Shown one piece after another: positions 41,234 through 52,007 of a stretch of DNA of 64,000 bases. The notes beneath the pieces were generated by a model that did not search any database, had not been told where the DNA came from, and worked only from the letters and a program-made list of their open reading frames with translations. The stretch spans positions 152 through 64,151 of the forward strand of contig JAJPIL010000001.1 in assembly GCA_021324755.1 (NCBI GenBank), written 5' to 3'. The stretch's first letter is position 1; every line of letters begins with the position of its first letter. The DNA comes from Pseudomonadota bacterium. Its GTDB lineage: Bacteria > Desulfobacterota > Binatia > Binatales > Binataceae. A program made the position numbers and the translations under genes.

Positions 41234-42534
41234 AATTAACCTCCTCCGCTTTTCGAGGCTCTCCCTTCGACACAGCATCTTTTATGCCCAGCCGTTGAGT
41301 CCGACTAAGCGCAACTAATGTCATCAAGGCTTCGACGATGCTTGCGATTGAGACACAGATGTCCCATGCGAAGCGACATCTCGTGCGACGCTAGAGAAAC
41401 GAGCTTTTGCACCGCGCTTGCGCTGGGTCGACTCAATACGAGCGGTTTTGACTACTCGAGAGCGTCAAGACGTACATGAACGTTTTCCACAATCGGCGCT
41501 CAAACATAAAAACTGGCGATTCGTGGAACGTTTAAGCCGACAGCCGCTCACGGTGACCTCACTTGGATTGCTGAAGCCTAAAGCAAGAATTAGCGGCAGG
41601 AGATTCTTAATGTTTGCTAGTGGATCGTGACCGTGACCTAGTCTTGCGCAGCGGCTAATTTTTTCCTGCGCGATTATCGGTCGCGCAGAAAAAACGTTGA
41701 GCTTTTTTGTTCGTATCTTAGGTAGGATCGGCTATCCGGGGATATTCCTGCGACCAGGGCCGCTCTCTCTATTGACAAAACCGACGTGTCAAACGTCCGG
41801 CCCGCAGATTGCTTCTCGCCTAGCCTTACAAGCTTCATTTTACGATGGAAGAGAAGCGATGGAACCGCAACGCCACAATCAAGACGCGCAGTCGGTATTT
41901 CGCCCCACGGTCCAAGGGATTAAGCAGGGATTTTCAGTGTTTCGCTTGTTTACAAGGCTTCGCCGCCCTCTGTCGTCGCCGATAAGCTTTGAGCGCCCCA
42001 GACGCTCGGTCGACCGTCGTGCTCAGGAATGGTGGAGCTCGTACGATTAAGGGAACGCACCGCGTGGAAGTTCGACAGCGTCGTTAGCCCTGCTTGCTTG
42101 CTCTCAAGGGCAAGAGCGCCGTTTTTGCCTCTATGCAAACCCACTTTCTGCGGGAGCAAACGCCTACTGTTTTCCTGCGTTTTCTATCCGAGATGAGTTT
42201 CTCACAACTGCTATAAAAAATTTCCCCACCTAAAGTTGCCCAAAGCTACGCAATCTGGGATAGGCGAACACCCAATTGGTCCGCTTTGCGCGCCAATAGG
42301 CCCGCTTGGAATCCCGTCGTGCTCGGCAAGGTTTGATAGCGCGGGCTTGTAATTAGGCCTTTAAACCGTTCGGGGCAAATCGCCCAAGGATGGTTCCCTT
42401 ACCCCATAGCTTAGACGAGGAAACCTGACTTGCCGGCGTATGGGATGAACTTGAGGGGATCGATAGCTCCCAGGAGCAGCACAAACACTTCTTCGCTGTG
42501 TCGGCTGCCTACTTCTCTTCGACCAGCTCAGGGA

Positions 42535-43266
42535 TTATCTCGTGGTCAAAGCACCATTTAACTGTTGATGAAGTCGCTCCTCGGCCGCTTCCGCCTCAGC
42601 CCGGGAGGCGAAATGACCTACGCGCACCTTATACCAGGTCTGGCCGCCTATTTGTTTTTCCACCGAATATGCAGGATAACCCATGCTTCGCAGCTTCTGC
42701 ACCAGTTGCAAGGCGGCCTGGCCATCCATCGCTGCCTGAATCTCGACGCTATATGGTCCAACGTGGGCAGCGGTTGGCGCCGCCACAGGGGTTTGTAACG
42801 GCCCTGAACGCGCTGTCGATGCCGTGACCGGCCCGGCTGGCGAAGCCTTCGACAACGTAGTGACTGCGCCCGGTGTCGATCCAGTCACTGCTGCCGGCCC
42901 CGCAGTGGGTGGAGCAACCTCACTACCCACAACCGACGGTGCGGAGGTGGTCGAACGGTTTGCGATTACAGGTGGTAAGGGACGTGACACGGAGGGAGCC
43001 ACTGAGGGTACGGCTGGCTGTGGGGAAGAAGCGATCGACGGCGTCGCCGTACTTTCTGCACCCGCCGTCTGTGCAACCGATGCCGAAAAAGACGGCACCG
43101 GACTGGCCGGTATCGGAAGGACCATCGCAACGTTGGTGTTCTGTTGATCTTGGCGGGCCACTTCGTAACCAGCAAACATCCCGAGCAAAAAGATAGAACC
43201 TGACAAACCGGCCAACCCGACGAGCAGCAGAAATATTCCCCACGCACCGATCTCGAACCGCATCAC
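42535..43266 (-). CDS. SPOR-domain membrane protein (N-terminal TM, P/S/A/T-rich linker, C-terminal SPOR peptidoglycan-binding domain)
   Basis: C-terminus YSVEIQAAMDGQAALQLVQKLRSMGYPAYSVEKQIGGQTWYKVRVGHFASRAEAEAAEERL is a SPOR domain. Lies directly downstream of argS. Confidence 0.7.
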   Translation of the reverse strand: MMRFEIGAWGIFLLLVGLAGLSGSIFLLGMFAGYEVARQDQQNTNVAMVLPIPASPVPSFSASVAQTAGAESTATPSIASSPQPAVPSVAPSVSRPLPPVIANRSTTSAPSVVGSEVAPPTAGPAAVTGSTPGAVTTLSKASPAGPVTASTARSGPLQTPVAAPTAAHVGPYSVEIQAAMDGQAALQLVQKLRSMGYPAYSVEKQIGGQTWYKVRVGHFASRAEAEAAEERLHQQLNGALTTR

Positions 43267-43270
43267 ACCC

Positions 43271-44959
43271 TCACATACGCTCCGGCGCGCTTACTCCGAG
43301 CAAGCCTAGCCCGTAAGCCAACGTTTGCTTGACGAGACTTGCAAGAAATAGCCGTGCCAGGCTGAGCTCGACATTATCGCTCATAATTATACGATTCGTG
43401 GGCTTGTTATAATAGCGGTGAAAATCGCCGGCGAGCTCAACCAGAAAGAAAGGCAAGCGATGGGGCTCGAGTTCTTCGATGCAGGTGAGCACCAGCTCAG
43501 GGAAACGCACGACTTTCTTGGCCAGTTGGAGCTCCTCCTCCGAGAGCAACGCCAAGTCGACCTTGTCGGGATCGTCCGGAAGCTTTAGACCCGCTTTTTG
43601 AGCCTCGCGAAAGACACTGGCCAGCCTTGCGTGAGCATACTGCACGTAATAAACGGGATTTTCGGGAGCCTGACGGGTTGCAAGCTCCAGGTCGAAGTCG
43701 AGATGGCTGTCGCTTTTGCGGAACAAAAAGAAAAACCGTGCGACGTCGGCACCGACTTCGTCAATAAGCTCGTCGAGCGTCACATAGGTAGCGCGGCGCG
43801 TCGACATCTTAATTTTCTCGCCGCCCCGGGTAAGAGTAACGAACTGGTATATAATCGTTCTAAAGCGACTTATGTCGTAACCCAACGCGTTGAGCACCGT
43901 CAGCACTGTCTTGTGTTCCGCGATATGGTCGGCGCCAAAGACGCCGATTATCACGTCGAAACCCCGCGCAAGCTTATCGATATGGTAGGCGATGTCCGGC
44001 GTGCGGTAGGTCGGCTCGCGCTCTGGGCCCGAGCGAATCAACACCTCGTCTTTGGGAAGCCCTAGAGGCTCGCCGCGCAGCCATACCGCTCCGTCACGCT
44101 CGACCAAAAGTCCCCGCCGGTCAAGTTCCGCAAGGACGCGCTCGACCCTGCCGTCGCGAATCAAGTCTAGCTCATTGGTATAAACGTCAAACCGAATCCC
44201 AAGTCGCGCGCAAGTTCGATGAATATCAGCAAAGATCGCTTTTTCGGCCGCCTCTCGAAACGGTTCAAGGCTCGTTTCGTCCACCAGGCTCGAGCCGTAG
44301 CGCTTTACAAGCTCGGCCGCTATTTCGCGAATGTACTCGCCTCGATACCCTTCTTCGGGAAAACTAACCTCATGACCGAGCAACTCCAAGTAGCGAGCGC
44401 GAACCGACTCTCCTAGCAGCTTCATTTGGCGGCCGCCATTGTTGAAGTAATACTCTCGGGTTACAGAAAACCCGGCTGCTTCGTACATCCGAGCAACCGT
44501 ATCCCCGAGCACGGCGTTGCGACCGTGTCCTACGGTCAAAGGCCCGGTCGGGTTTGCTGAAAGGAACTCAACTTGAGCCTTTTTACCCAAACCAACTTTT
44601 GGCACAAAAAAGGCCTCGCCTTGCGCTGCAGCGCGCCGAAGCAGTTCATGCCAAAACGCCGGAGCGAGCCTGAAATTGACGAAACCCGGCCCGGCTACGG
44701 TTACCGACGCAAACTCATCCGAGTCGGCAAGCTCCGCGCGAATAGCCTCAGCTACCTCTTTTGCGGGCTTGCCCTCGTAGCGCGCCAACACCAAAGCAAC
44801 GTTACTGGCGTAATCCCCATGCGAAGGATCTTTTGGCAATTCAACGACGAAGCTGACCGGCTGCTCGTGCCGCAGTCGACCGGAGCGGCGCAATCGCTCG
44901 AGCGCTTCGCCGATCATGCTGGCAAGTCTGTCTTTTAGTGTTGCGCTTCCCACGATCAC
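43271..44959 (-). CDS. argS: arginine--tRNA ligase
   Basis: Class I aaRS with HIGH-like SANPTGPLTVGHGRNAVLGD, an anticodon-binding DALR domain and an N-terminal Arg_tRNA_synt_N domain. Confidence 0.95.
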   Translation of the reverse strand: MIVGSATLKDRLASMIGEALERLRRSGRLRHEQPVSFVVELPKDPSHGDYASNVALVLARYEGKPAKEVAEAIRAELADSDEFASVTVAGPGFVNFRLAPAFWHELLRRAAAQGEAFFVPKVGLGKKAQVEFLSANPTGPLTVGHGRNAVLGDTVARMYEAAGFSVTREYYFNNGGRQMKLLGESVRARYLELLGHEVSFPEEGYRGEYIREIAAELVKRYGSSLVDETSLEPFREAAEKAIFADIHRTCARLGIRFDVYTNELDLIRDGRVERVLAELDRRGLLVERDGAVWLRGEPLGLPKDEVLIRSGPEREPTYRTPDIAYHIDKLARGFDVIIGVFGADHIAEHKTVLTVLNALGYDISRFRTIIYQFVTLTRGGEKIKMSTRRATYVTLDELIDEVGADVARFFFLFRKSDSHLDFDLELATRQAPENPVYYVQYAHARLASVFREAQKAGLKLPDDPDKVDLALLSEEELQLAKKVVRFPELVLTCIEELEPHRLPFFLVELAGDFHRYYNKPTNRIIMSDNVELSLARLFLASLVKQTLAYGLGLLGVSAPERM

Positions 44960-45210
44960 AACTGGCTAATCTGACAAAGCTCTTGCTTGCAAAAGCGCAG
45001 TGAAAAACGCGACAAGCCCGCAGGGATGGCCAAAGGTCGGCACGATCTCGCCAAGTTCCACCGGACTGTGTTAGACCCGACCTTTATGCCCGCGCTAGCT
45101 AAAAGCCTCGTCCGGCAGTTGGCCACTGCGAGTTGCTCAATCACGTCAGTACGCAATAAGCCACTGCGCAGCAAACGCAAAAAGGTTTCGCATACCCAAT
45201 CGGTTCGCGC

Positions 45211-45672
45211 CTATGACACCGGATCTTTTGCTTGTTGGGTCCACTCCGGCACGTTGTCCAGCGTCGGATAGCCTGAGCCTAGCTGAATCAAAACGCCGTG
45301 AGCGCTCTTAGGCGAAATGTAGGCCTCATAAGAAGTCGGCGACCATTCTTTTTCCTGTACCACCCGCACGCCATTCGCCTTGAGCCTTTCGACCTGTCGC
45401 TTCGTGTCGGGCGTGTTGAAGGTCAGATGGTGGACGCCTTCGCCGCGTTTTTGGAGAAACTGGGCAAGTTGCGAGTTCTCGCTCGCGGGTTCGAGCAACT
45501 CGATCGTAAGCCCGTTCAAGTCGAGAACGCAAAAAGAGAGCCCGTGTTCGGCGCTTTGTGCCTCGAACATGAAGCGCGCGCCCAACTGGTCCTCGAAAAA
45601 CTTCCGTGCCTGCTGGATACTGTGCACGGCAATCCCTATGTGATCCAACTTTCCGATTGGCTCGGTCGCCAT
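45211..45672 (-). CDS. VOC-family (glyoxalase/bleomycin-resistance/methylmalonyl-CoA-epimerase-like) protein
   Basis: LDHIGIAVHSIQQARKFFEDQLG ... HHLTF paired beta-alpha-beta-beta-beta modules with metal ligands. Confidence 0.75.
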   Translation of the reverse strand: MATEPIGKLDHIGIAVHSIQQARKFFEDQLGARFMFEAQSAEHGLSFCVLDLNGLTIELLEPASENSQLAQFLQKRGEGVHHLTFNTPDTKRQVERLKANGVRVVQEKEWSPTSYEAYISPKSAHGVLIQLGSGYPTLDNVPEWTQQAKDPVS

Positions 45673-45749
45673 CGCTTACTTACTCCCGTGAAGCTCTACG
45701 TCGTTCTAATCCGGTGTATGTGTGCTTCCACATATTACCACATGATAGT

Positions 45750-46283
45750 ATGAAGGCGATGGCTAAACGGGCGCAACGGACATACTCCAGAACGGGCGAC
45801 GACGACAGGGCGAAATCTGATACCAAGGCGTGGGGGATGCCGCCGTTAATCAAGATTTACGAGGCTTTTGGCGCGCTCGCCGACCAACGCTGCACGCTTC
45901 TCGATTCTGGGCTTGCGTTTGTACAGTCTTCCGACGGTTCCAAAACATACCGCGTAGAGAGCAGCGAAGACGGACGCGAGATAAGCGCAAACGATAACGC
46001 CTCCTATTGGCAGGGCTATATCGGTTATCCGGCAATCGCGGTTCTGATTCACCGCGGAATACTCAAAGCCGACCCAAAGGCGATCGAGGCGCTTAAGTCG
46101 ATACCATGGCACGCACTCAACCAGCGCTTTAGGCACAATTACGAGAAAACTTTGCGCGAAGTTGAAGAACGCCTTACCGCACAAGGATACGACCCGGACT
46201 TAATTCGACGGGCAGCGCAGGATACTTTGGAACAACTTCGCGCGCTTGCCCCCCGCCGCGGCCGCCGTCTGCGCCCGGCTTGA
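45750..46283 (+). CDS. hypothetical protein (177 aa)
   Basis: The ORF only. Start set at the ATG at 45750 to avoid overlap with the VOC gene. No family recognised. Confidence 0.4.
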   Translation: MKAMAKRAQRTYSRTGDDDRAKSDTKAWGMPPLIKIYEAFGALADQRCTLLDSGLAFVQSSDGSKTYRVESSEDGREISANDNASYWQGYIGYPAIAVLIHRGILKADPKAIEALKSIPWHALNQRFRHNYEKTLREVEERLTAQGYDPDLIRRAAQDTLEQLRALAPRRGRRLRPA

Positions 46284-46306
46284 GGAACGACGGCGTTCCT
46301 TGCTGC

Positions 46307-48526
46307 TCAACTGGAAAGTGCAGGCTTGTCGGCGCCGGCCAGACTGCGCAGCCGCTCGGTCAGGCGCGTGAACCGACGGCTCTCTGCGGCGTTGCGAACA
46401 GCGTGAAGTAAGGCCGCGCGCGAACCGACGATAACACACACCCGTTCGGCCCGCGACACCGCCGTATAAAGGAGGTTTCGCCGAAGCATTAGATAATGAC
46501 TGTGATGCAGCACCAAGACTACGGCCGGATACTGGCTGCCTTGGCTTTTATGCACCGTAACTGCGTAGCCGAGCGCCAAATCTTCGGTCAGCGAGGTCAA
46601 GTCGTAGAGCACGCGATGGTCGTCGAAGGCAACCTCCACACGGCCGAGCTCGTCGTCGAACCGAACGATTCGGCCTAAGTCGCCGTTGAATACCTGCTTT
46701 TCGTAATTGTTGCGCAACTGAATAACGCGGTCGCCTTCTCGAAAATGGCGCTGCCCAGCCTTGATTTCCCGGCCACGCGGGTTAAGCAATGCTTGAAGCT
46801 CGGTGTTGAGCGCTTGCACGCCAAGCGCTCCCCGGTTCATCGGCGAAAGAACTTGAATCTCGCTTGGGTCACGTAACCCGAAGTTGCCGATAAGGCGGGT
46901 GTGCACAAGCTGCTTGACCGTGGCAAGCACTTCTTCAGGAGCGTTGCGCTCCAGGAAGAAGAAGTCGCTCGAGGCGTCGCCGCCGAATTCAGGCATCAGG
47001 CCTGAGTTTATCCGATGGGCCGCCGCGACGATTTGACTGCGCTGCTCCTGTCGATATATCTGACGCAACTGAACCACGGGAAAAAGGCCTGAGGCGATAA
47101 GGTCAGCAAGCACTTGTCCGGGGCCAACAGAGGGCAGTTGGTCACGGTCGCCGACGATCACGAGCGACGTTTTGGCCTCTAAGGCGGCAAGGAGGTCTGC
47201 GAACAGTTCGACATCGATCATCGACGCTTCGTCCAGCACCAAAAAGTCCACGGATAGCGGGAAATTCGGTCCACGGACAAAAGAACCTGTCTCAGGCGAG
47301 TATTCGAGCAAGCGATGGATCGTTTTCGCCTCTCGCCCTGTAGTCTCTGCCAAGCGGCGTGCCGCCCGCCCCGTAGGCGCAGCAAGGGCATATTTCAGGC
47401 GCAATTCGTCCAAGGCGTCCAAAAGCGCACGCAGCAACGTGGTCTTGCCAGTACCGGGCCCGCCGGTGATGATCGCGGTTTTATGGGTGAGAGCCACGCG
47501 CAATGCCTTTTTTTGCTCGGGCGAAAGGGCAAGCCCCAGACGCTCCTCAGCCGACACTACAGCATCAGCCACCGCATCCGGACGCAAAGGTGACCGCTCG
47601 CCGCGGTGTCGCCACATAAGCTGGGCCAAGTCGCGCTCGGCCTGAAAGAGATGCCGAAGATAAATCCAGGTTTCGCCGTGGCTGGGTTCGACCACGATCG
47701 CACCACGCCTTTCAAGCTCTGAAAGCGCCGACCAACAAAGAGCGCTTCCTATTCCGAGATGCGTCTCGAGCTGCGTCCTTAAATGCTCCTCTGGTACGCA
47801 GACGTGCCCCTCTTCGGCCATCCGCTGCAGCATGTAGAGCAAGCCTGCACGGGCTCGCTCGGGCGAGTCACGGGCGATGCCGATCTTCTCGGCTATTAGG
47901 TCCGCGGTTTTGAAACCAACTCCGCTCACAGTGGCTACGAGCACATAAGGGTCGCGCTTTATTATGTCCAGCGCACCATGGCCGAGGATCTTGTATAGTC
48001 GCTGTGCTAGAAAACCTGGGACGCCATGAGTGCGTAAAAACACGGTAAGTTCCCGTAGCCCGACGCGCTCGCGCCACAGCGCGCTGATTCGCTGAGCCAC
48101 GGTGGCGCTAAGCCCGCGCACCTCACGAAGCCGTTCCGGAGCGTACGTCAGCACGTTTTCCGTCTCGTCGCCGAAGCGCTCGATAATACGGCGCGCAAGC
48201 GTGGGGCCAACGCCTTTTACTTCATCGATCAAATATCGCTCGAGCGCCCCAAGCTCAGCTCCAGCCAAAGTCTCGAAACGCTCGACGCGAAATTGCACGC
48301 CGAAGCTTGGATGGGTCTCGTAGCGCCCAGATACCCGTACCAGCATCCCAGGCGCAAGCTCAGCGAGCTGCCCCACTAAGGTCACCTCCTTTTGGCGCGC
48401 AGCCGGTCGCCCAGGGCCGTCCTCCTCGACCTTCAGACGCGCGACCGCATAACCCGTCTGTGGGTTGACGAACAGAAGCTGAGTGACCTTGCCTTGAAAA
48501 CTTTCACCCTCTAGCTGCTCGCTCAT
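46307..48526 (-). CDS. recD2: RecD2-type SF1B ATP-dependent DNA helicase
   Basis: N-terminal OB/HhH region. Walker A ITGGPGTGKTT, motif II LVLDEASMID, and the DRDQLPSVGPGQVLADL, VHKSQGSQYP motifs. Confidence 0.85.
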   Translation of the reverse strand: MSEQLEGESFQGKVTQLLFVNPQTGYAVARLKVEEDGPGRPAARQKEVTLVGQLAELAPGMLVRVSGRYETHPSFGVQFRVERFETLAGAELGALERYLIDEVKGVGPTLARRIIERFGDETENVLTYAPERLREVRGLSATVAQRISALWRERVGLRELTVFLRTHGVPGFLAQRLYKILGHGALDIIKRDPYVLVATVSGVGFKTADLIAEKIGIARDSPERARAGLLYMLQRMAEEGHVCVPEEHLRTQLETHLGIGSALCWSALSELERRGAIVVEPSHGETWIYLRHLFQAERDLAQLMWRHRGERSPLRPDAVADAVVSAEERLGLALSPEQKKALRVALTHKTAIITGGPGTGKTTLLRALLDALDELRLKYALAAPTGRAARRLAETTGREAKTIHRLLEYSPETGSFVRGPNFPLSVDFLVLDEASMIDVELFADLLAALEAKTSLVIVGDRDQLPSVGPGQVLADLIASGLFPVVQLRQIYRQEQRSQIVAAAHRINSGLMPEFGGDASSDFFFLERNAPEEVLATVKQLVHTRLIGNFGLRDPSEIQVLSPMNRGALGVQALNTELQALLNPRGREIKAGQRHFREGDRVIQLRNNYEKQVFNGDLGRIVRFDDELGRVEVAFDDHRVLYDLTSLTEDLALGYAVTVHKSQGSQYPAVVLVLHHSHYLMLRRNLLYTAVSRAERVCVIVGSRAALLHAVRNAAESRRFTRLTERLRSLAGADKPALSS

Positions 48527-49049
48527 CGCCCACCATCCATAAGGAAAAGCGCCGAAAGCTCCGCGGCGATAACTTATATCGACGCGAGTCGACCCCCCGT
48601 GAGTTCATCCATATTTGCGCCAGCTCGAACACACAACCAATGTACGGCGAGAACACCACGTACTACAAAATATTTCACAAAGCGCGCCGCATCGAGCATC
48701 GACAACCCCGTATTGCCGCGAACCGAGCGAAGGCTAGCAAAGCTGAGCAGTAAAAGTAACAATCGTTGGTGGCTTAAAGCCCGTTTTCTCAACGCCCGTG
48801 GGACCCTCTCTGATGAGGCCTCGTCCTTTTCAGTACAAAAGCAAATCCTTGCCACTTTGGCAGACAAATCACTATTGTTCGCCTTACTCTTTGTCTCAAT
48901 CACGTTGCAAGCGCAGTGTGTCCCTGCGCGTTTAAACAAAAGCCAACTTATGGCGCATCGATGCCAGCCGTTGACAGTTGTCGGCAAAGACCCGATCTTA
49001 CTGGGATAAAGCTAGACCGGCGCTCGCGATAGAAAAGTCAAAGCTGCGG

Positions 49050-49430
49050 ATGGACCCAAATCGCCAGCTCAAAGTGTTCAACAAAACTCGCGGTAGAATT
49101 ATTTGCACACGACTTAGCGTGGCAGACCATCTCGTTGATCGCGTTCGGGGACTTCTGGCGCACGCGCAACTTCACGATGGCGAAGGGATGCTGTTTGTCG
49201 GCAGTACGGCGCTCCCGCTTATGTGGATGCACACCTTTTTTATGCGATTTCCGATCGACGTTATCTTTCTAGACCGCCAGGGTAGAATCCTCAAGATAGA
49301 TCACGAGCTTAAGCCATGGCGGCTATCCTCGCTGGCGTTTGGGGCTACTGAGGCGATTGAATTGCCCGCGGGAACGGCCAAGCGGACAAATACCCAGGTG
49401 GGCGACGTCTTGACGATCCAAGACGATTGA
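49050..49430 (+). CDS. DUF192-family protein
   Basis: RGLLAHAQLHDGEGMLFV ... MWMHTFFMRFPIDVIFLDRQGRILKI pattern of DUF192. The ORF track starts at 48978; the ATG at 49050 (MDPNRQ) is the more conventional start. Confidence 0.55.
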   Translation: MDPNRQLKVFNKTRGRIICTRLSVADHLVDRVRGLLAHAQLHDGEGMLFVGSTALPLMWMHTFFMRFPIDVIFLDRQGRILKIDHELKPWRLSSLAFGATEAIELPAGTAKRTNTQVGDVLTIQDD

Positions 49431-49628
49431 AACGTGTGCTGGCTTGTGCCGAGGAGCCGGCTGCTTTGACGAGCAAAAAGCGCTTCGTGGTTGCGAAAAC
49501 AGTTGCAAGCAGGCCTAAGCCGCTCGAGCGTCCGAATTGTATGGCCAAGGGGCGAAGCCAACTTAGCAAGCAAGTCGCTTAGGCTTGAAAACCGAACGTA
49601 GCACCTAACGCCTCCGCGGCGAAGTGCG

Positions 49629-50531
49629 TCATACTGAGTAGGAGGCACGTTCCAGACCGAGCATGTAGCGGGCAGCGTCGATTAAATTTTGCATCAGCGC
49701 TAACACTGTCATCGGTCCCGTGCCACCCGGATTGAGCGTGATCCATCCGGCCACTTCTTTGACGTTTTCGAAATCGACGTCTCCGACGAAACGTCCCTTG
49801 CCCACCCGGCGAAATCCGACGTCGATAACGCAGGCACCCGGCTTGACCATATCCGCGGTGATCAAATACGGGCGCCCCGGATCGGCACCGGCGCACGATA
49901 CGAGCAGATCAGCCTCCCGACAAACCTGCGCAAGGTCGCGCGTGTGCGTATGACACCATGTGACAGTCGCGTTGCGCAGGCGCCCGCCCAAAATCAGCGC
50001 CAAAGGCTTGCCAGCGATATCGCTGCGACCTATCACGACCGCGCGCGCACCCTCGACCGGAACCTTGTAATAGTCTAGCAAGGTCAGCACGCCGCGAGGC
50101 GTGCAAGGGATAAAAAGCCCCCACTGGCCGCGATAGAATCCGCCGACCACGGTGGAAGATACTGCGTCGACGTCCTTGAGCGGGTCGATCGCGTCGAAGA
50201 GCCGGAAGCGGTCGACGTGCTCTGGAAGGGGCAGTTGGAGCAAGATACCTGCTATTCGCGGGTCTCGGTTTAAGCGTTGGATAAGCTTAAGAAGGCTCTC
50301 GGTGCTCGCCTCTTCACTCGACATGGTTATAAGCTCGCTGCCGAGCCCAAGTTCCGCCGCGTAGCGCTGTTTGTTGCGCACGTACTGGCGTGAAGCAGGG
50401 TCGTCACCCACCAGGATTGCCGCTAGATGCGGCGTCCAGTTGTACTTTTCCTTGATCTCCTTTACGTGGCGCTTAAGCTCAGGCATTAGTTGCTCGCTTA
50501 CCGCGCGCCCATCCATGATAATCGCCGACAT
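49629..50531 (-). CDS. folD: bifunctional methylenetetrahydrofolate dehydrogenase/methenyl-THF cyclohydrolase
   Basis: AAILVGDDPASRQYVRNKQR ... LLQLPLPEHVD ... VVIGRSDIAGKPLALIL are canonical FolD motifs. Confidence 0.9.
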   Translation of the reverse strand: MSAIIMDGRAVSEQLMPELKRHVKEIKEKYNWTPHLAAILVGDDPASRQYVRNKQRYAAELGLGSELITMSSEEASTESLLKLIQRLNRDPRIAGILLQLPLPEHVDRFRLFDAIDPLKDVDAVSSTVVGGFYRGQWGLFIPCTPRGVLTLLDYYKVPVEGARAVVIGRSDIAGKPLALILGGRLRNATVTWCHTHTRDLAQVCREADLLVSCAGADPGRPYLITADMVKPGACVIDVGFRRVGKGRFVGDVDFENVKEVAGWITLNPGGTGPMTVLALMQNLIDAARYMLGLERASYSV

Positions 50532-50644
50532 ATGACCTCGCTTTGTCGTGTTCTTAGCCGGAAACGTTTAGACAACCGTTTAGCTAGGCTGTTACCAACG
50601 CGGGTAGAATAAAGACGGGATTTGCAGCCTCGTCGCATCCAGCA

Positions 50645-51805
50645 TCATACACGTACATGAGGATCGAAAAGCTTTCGATGCTCCTCCAGCGCGAAGCGAT
50701 CCGTCATCCCAGCGATATAGTCCGCTATTACCCGTGCTTTGGGTTCGCCGTCTTGCTCGATTCGCGCCAGTATGTGCGGAGGCATCTGCGCTGGCTCGGC
50801 CATGTAAGCCTCGAACAGCTGTGTAATCACGCGAGCGGCCTTCTCGGTCATACGACGCACGCGAAAATGGAGATAAAGACGCTCCATCATTAACTGCTTG
50901 TGGCGCTGCACCATCTCGGCCATCGCGGGGCTGAAATGGGCAAGCGGCCGACCCGCCTTTCTGACATCTTCGACGCTCTCGATCGCGCCAGCGGTGATTT
51001 CTTCGTTTATCGTATTCACGAGGTCGGTAACCATCGCATCGATCATCCGCGTAACCGTCCGGTAGCGGCGGACCCCAGGGTCCTTGCTCGAACCGTCGCG
51101 CTCGGCCGCCCGCGCCGCCATCGCATACAGCGGCGAGTCCCACAAATCATCGCTTGCCAGCAACTGGGACTTAATCCCGTCGTCCACGTCGTGAGCAGAG
51201 TAGGCGATCTCGTCGGCAAGGTCGACGATCTGCGCCTCCAGACATGGATAGGAATCGGGATCGAACTCGGCGACTTCGGGTCGTCCGCGAAAGTCCGAAT
51301 GCTTGATTATTCCTTCCCTTACCTCGTAGCTTAGATTCAATCCTCGGAAATTCGGGTATCGGACTTCGATCCAGTCGACCGTGCGCAGACTCTGTGCGTT
51401 ATGGTCGAAACCGCCATATTCTTTCATCAGCTGGTTAAGCACGCGCTCGCCGGCGTGCCCAAACGGAGGATGACCCAGGTCGTGAGCAAGCGCGATCGCT
51501 TCGGCCAAGTCCTCGTTGAGGCCCAGCATGCGAGCGATACTGCGGGAGATTTGCGCCGTCTCCAGCGTGTGAGTCAGACGCGTGCGATAGTAGTCGCCCT
51601 CATGATTTACGAAAACCTGCGTCTTGTATTCGAGTCTCCGAAACGCAGCGGAATGGATAATCCGGTCGCGATCGCGCTGAAAAAAGGTTCGCAACGGATG
51701 CTCGGGTTCGGCGTATCGCCGGCCCCGGCTAAGTCGCGACCGCATCGCATAAGGAGCAAGAACGCGCTCTTCCAGCTCTTCGAGCTGTTGTCTGTTGCGT
51801 ATCAT
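50645..51805 (-). CDS. dgt: dGTP triphosphohydrolase-like HD-domain protein
   Basis: HD motif RLTHTLETAQISRSIARMLGLNEDLAEAIALAHDLGHPPFGHAGE is typical of dGTPase-type 2. Confidence 0.85.
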   Translation of the reverse strand: MIRNRQQLEELEERVLAPYAMRSRLSRGRRYAEPEHPLRTFFQRDRDRIIHSAAFRRLEYKTQVFVNHEGDYYRTRLTHTLETAQISRSIARMLGLNEDLAEAIALAHDLGHPPFGHAGERVLNQLMKEYGGFDHNAQSLRTVDWIEVRYPNFRGLNLSYEVREGIIKHSDFRGRPEVAEFDPDSYPCLEAQIVDLADEIAYSAHDVDDGIKSQLLASDDLWDSPLYAMAARAAERDGSSKDPGVRRYRTVTRMIDAMVTDLVNTINEEITAGAIESVEDVRKAGRPLAHFSPAMAEMVQRHKQLMMERLYLHFRVRRMTEKAARVITQLFEAYMAEPAQMPPHILARIEQDGEPKARVIADYIAGMTDRFALEEHRKLFDPHVRV

Positions 51806-52007
51806 CGGTCATTTGACGCCTGAGGAGGTGATAACTTTTAAGCGTTAACGTAGTTCGCGTTAAAAGTGGCAAAAATCGTTTTCGTAATCATCCTACCACG
51901 ATTCTCCGCAATCGACGAGCCTCGTAAGGCCGCGTATTTGCCCGAGAAGGGCCCAAAACAGTATCCTTAGGTGAAAAGCACGACCTTTACTTCCGGTTTG
52001 TGCACAA

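Noticed and set aside
41659-41694. Rho-independent terminator upstream of flp
   Set aside because: The element is symmetric (T6 before the stem, A6 after it, on both strands). Neither transcript would end in a U-tract after the stem, so it was kept only as a palindrome of interest.
48790-48830. Hammerhead-ribozyme-like CUGAUGAGG
   Set aside because: The remaining conserved core (GAAAC and the appropriately placed helices) is not present.
48574-48987. 137-aa minus-strand ORF between recD2 and the DUF192 gene
   Set aside because: No SD, odd composition (LLLLLLS), and it overlaps an AT-rich promoter-like spacer. Treated as non-coding.
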